Below are positions 62,944 through 64,000 of a DNA stretch of 64,000 nt, in pieces. Positions within the stretch are counted from its first letter, which is position 1; each line of letters starts with the position of its first letter. The position numbers and the translations under genes are program-made. The notes below the pieces were generated by a model. That model made no database searches and was not told where the DNA came from. It saw nothing but the letters and a program-made list of their open reading frames with translations. The stretch lies in assembly GCA_016292635.1 (NCBI GenBank), contig JAEDIC010000001.1, forward strand, positions 3,275-67,274, read 5' to 3'. Source of the DNA: Clostridia bacterium. Its GTDB lineage: Bacteria; Bacillota; Clostridia; Christensenellales; CAG-138.

Positions 62944-63765
62944 ATGAGAAAAGCGGAGCGTTTACTGCAGCTTCAGGAAATACTTATAAGTAAAAACGAG
63001 GTTCTTGTTGAGGATCTTGCCTCACAGTTTGGCGTTTCCTGCGTGACCATACGAAAAGATTTAAACGAATTGGAAAGCCAGGGTTATGTGCAGCGTACAT
63101 ACGGCGGCGCGGTGATCAAGCAGCAGGGAATCCACTCCTTCTTCCCGCGCTCCATAATTCGCAGCGAAATACTAAACTTCAGCCAGGATAAACGCTACAT
63201 CGCCACCATAGCCCAGCAGCTGGTGCATGACGGAGACAATGTTTTTTTAGGCTGCGGCGACACCTGCGCCGCCATAGCCCAGGCGCTGCTTAACCACAAG
63301 GCCAACTTTGTTACCAATAACATATTGGTTGCCGCTATTCTTTCTACAAACCCTCACGCGGTGGTTCGCGTCACAGGCGGCACCCTCAGTGGCTACGACA
63401 GGCATTTTCTGAGCGGCGATCTGTTTACCCGCTCAATGGAAAACATATATTTTAAATATGCCTTTTTGGGGGCTGCCGGCGCTGATATTCACAATGGTTT
63501 TACCACATATTCCGACTTCGAGCATAGCGTATGCGATACTGTGCGCGCAGTATCAGACACACTCGTATTTGCCCTCGGCTCTTCAAAGTTTGGAAAAACC
63601 AACTTTATGCATATTGGAAATCTTAATGTAGCTGACCTGATAATTACAGATGCCGGAATACCGGACGAGTACCAGCAGTACTTTGACCGCCACGGCATAA
63701 CGGTGCTTACCTCTGTCAATAAGCTCCAGTTAATGCCGAGGCACAACACGGATATTTCGGTTTAG
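62944..63765 (+). CDS. DeoR/GlpR-family transcriptional regulator
   Basis: ATG at 62944. The track starts at TTG 62932. HTH VEDLASQFGVSCVTIRKDLNELESQGYVQRTYGGAV and a DeoR C-terminal sugar-phosphate sensor domain. It is divergent from the 11-gene operon. Confidence 0.88.
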   Translation: MRKAERLLQLQEILISKNEVLVEDLASQFGVSCVTIRKDLNELESQGYVQRTYGGAVIKQQGIHSFFPRSIIRSEILNFSQDKRYIATIAQQLVHDGDNVFLGCGDTCAAIAQALLNHKANFVTNNILVAAILSTNPHAVVRVTGGTLSGYDRHFLSGDLFTRSMENIYFKYAFLGAAGADIHNGFTTYSDFEHSVCDTVRAVSDTLVFALGSSKFGKTNFMHIGNLNVADLIITDAGIPDEYQQYFDRHGITVLTSVNKLQLMPRHNTDISV

Positions 63766-64000
63766 CTGCGCAGACGGCAACCCAGCAGGAGGCAGTTTGA
63801 CCTGGCCCTTTGGGATCACGGCCCATTATGCCAACAGGCTTATCACGCTCCTGCTGACGAACTCAGTAAGAAGCCCCGGCGGACCCTATATCCATTTTCC
63901 CCAACGCCAATCATTTCATGGTCAGATTGTTCAAAGCATATCCATTGCTTACAAATTGTTAACACACCGATGCGGTTTTGATTACACCGTATGCGCTATT

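Noticed and set aside
1-64000. Search for tRNA, rRNA, tmRNA, transposase, integrase, phage or defence-system genes.
   Set aside because: I saw no T-arm consensus (GGTTCGAATCC-like) on either strand and no rRNA-like stretches. No ORF has recombinase, transposase or recognisable defence-domain signatures. The stand-alone AlbA_2 protein (24864-25340) has no partner genes.

Overview
The window looks like a chromosomal segment of a moderately GC-rich, spore-forming Clostridia-type Firmicute. That placement is an inference from spoIID, cwlD, sigH, Gram-positive RBS and promoter patterns, and T-box control. No rRNA, tRNA, CRISPR array, transposase or phage gene was recognised. It falls into three blocks.

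- **Housekeeping, 1-24.8 kb:** spoIID, metG behind a T-box leader, a sortase, argS and serS. Then comes a minus-strand run rpmG-secE-nusG-rplK-rplA-rplJ-rplL followed by cwlD-mrnC-rlmB-sigH. The block ends with a compact alaS-like gene, degV, xpaC/telA and nudC.
- **Molybdenum/tungsten cofactor and formate block, 25.5-46.3 kb:** two moeA genes, one fused to a PBP-like domain, and NuoE/NuoF-like flavoprotein genes. It also holds a Cys-type fdhA-mobA-fdhD-DUF1576 operon and a candidate Moco/Tuco riboswitch in front of MOSC-moaA-moaC-moaB::MOSC-tupABC, then nfnAB.
- **Accessory-looking block, 46.3-64 kb:** it begins at a decayed SDR pseudogene. It contains two secreted proteins and an unusual 11-gene operon under a divergent DeoR regulator.

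The most interesting items:
- The 11-gene operon combines a sugar ABC importer, an FGGY kinase embedded among xanthine-dehydrogenase-family subunit genes, two eIF-2B-family paralogs, a BtpA/SgcQ protein and an M29 peptidase.
- The TupA tungstate-binding protein appears circularly permuted.
- Inverted copies of a four-hairpin ~130-nt repeat bracket the ~12 kb formate dehydrogenase/Moco/tungstate module.
- Several hairpin-repeat families fill the intergenic regions.

All family calls come from motif recognition by eye. No database search was run.
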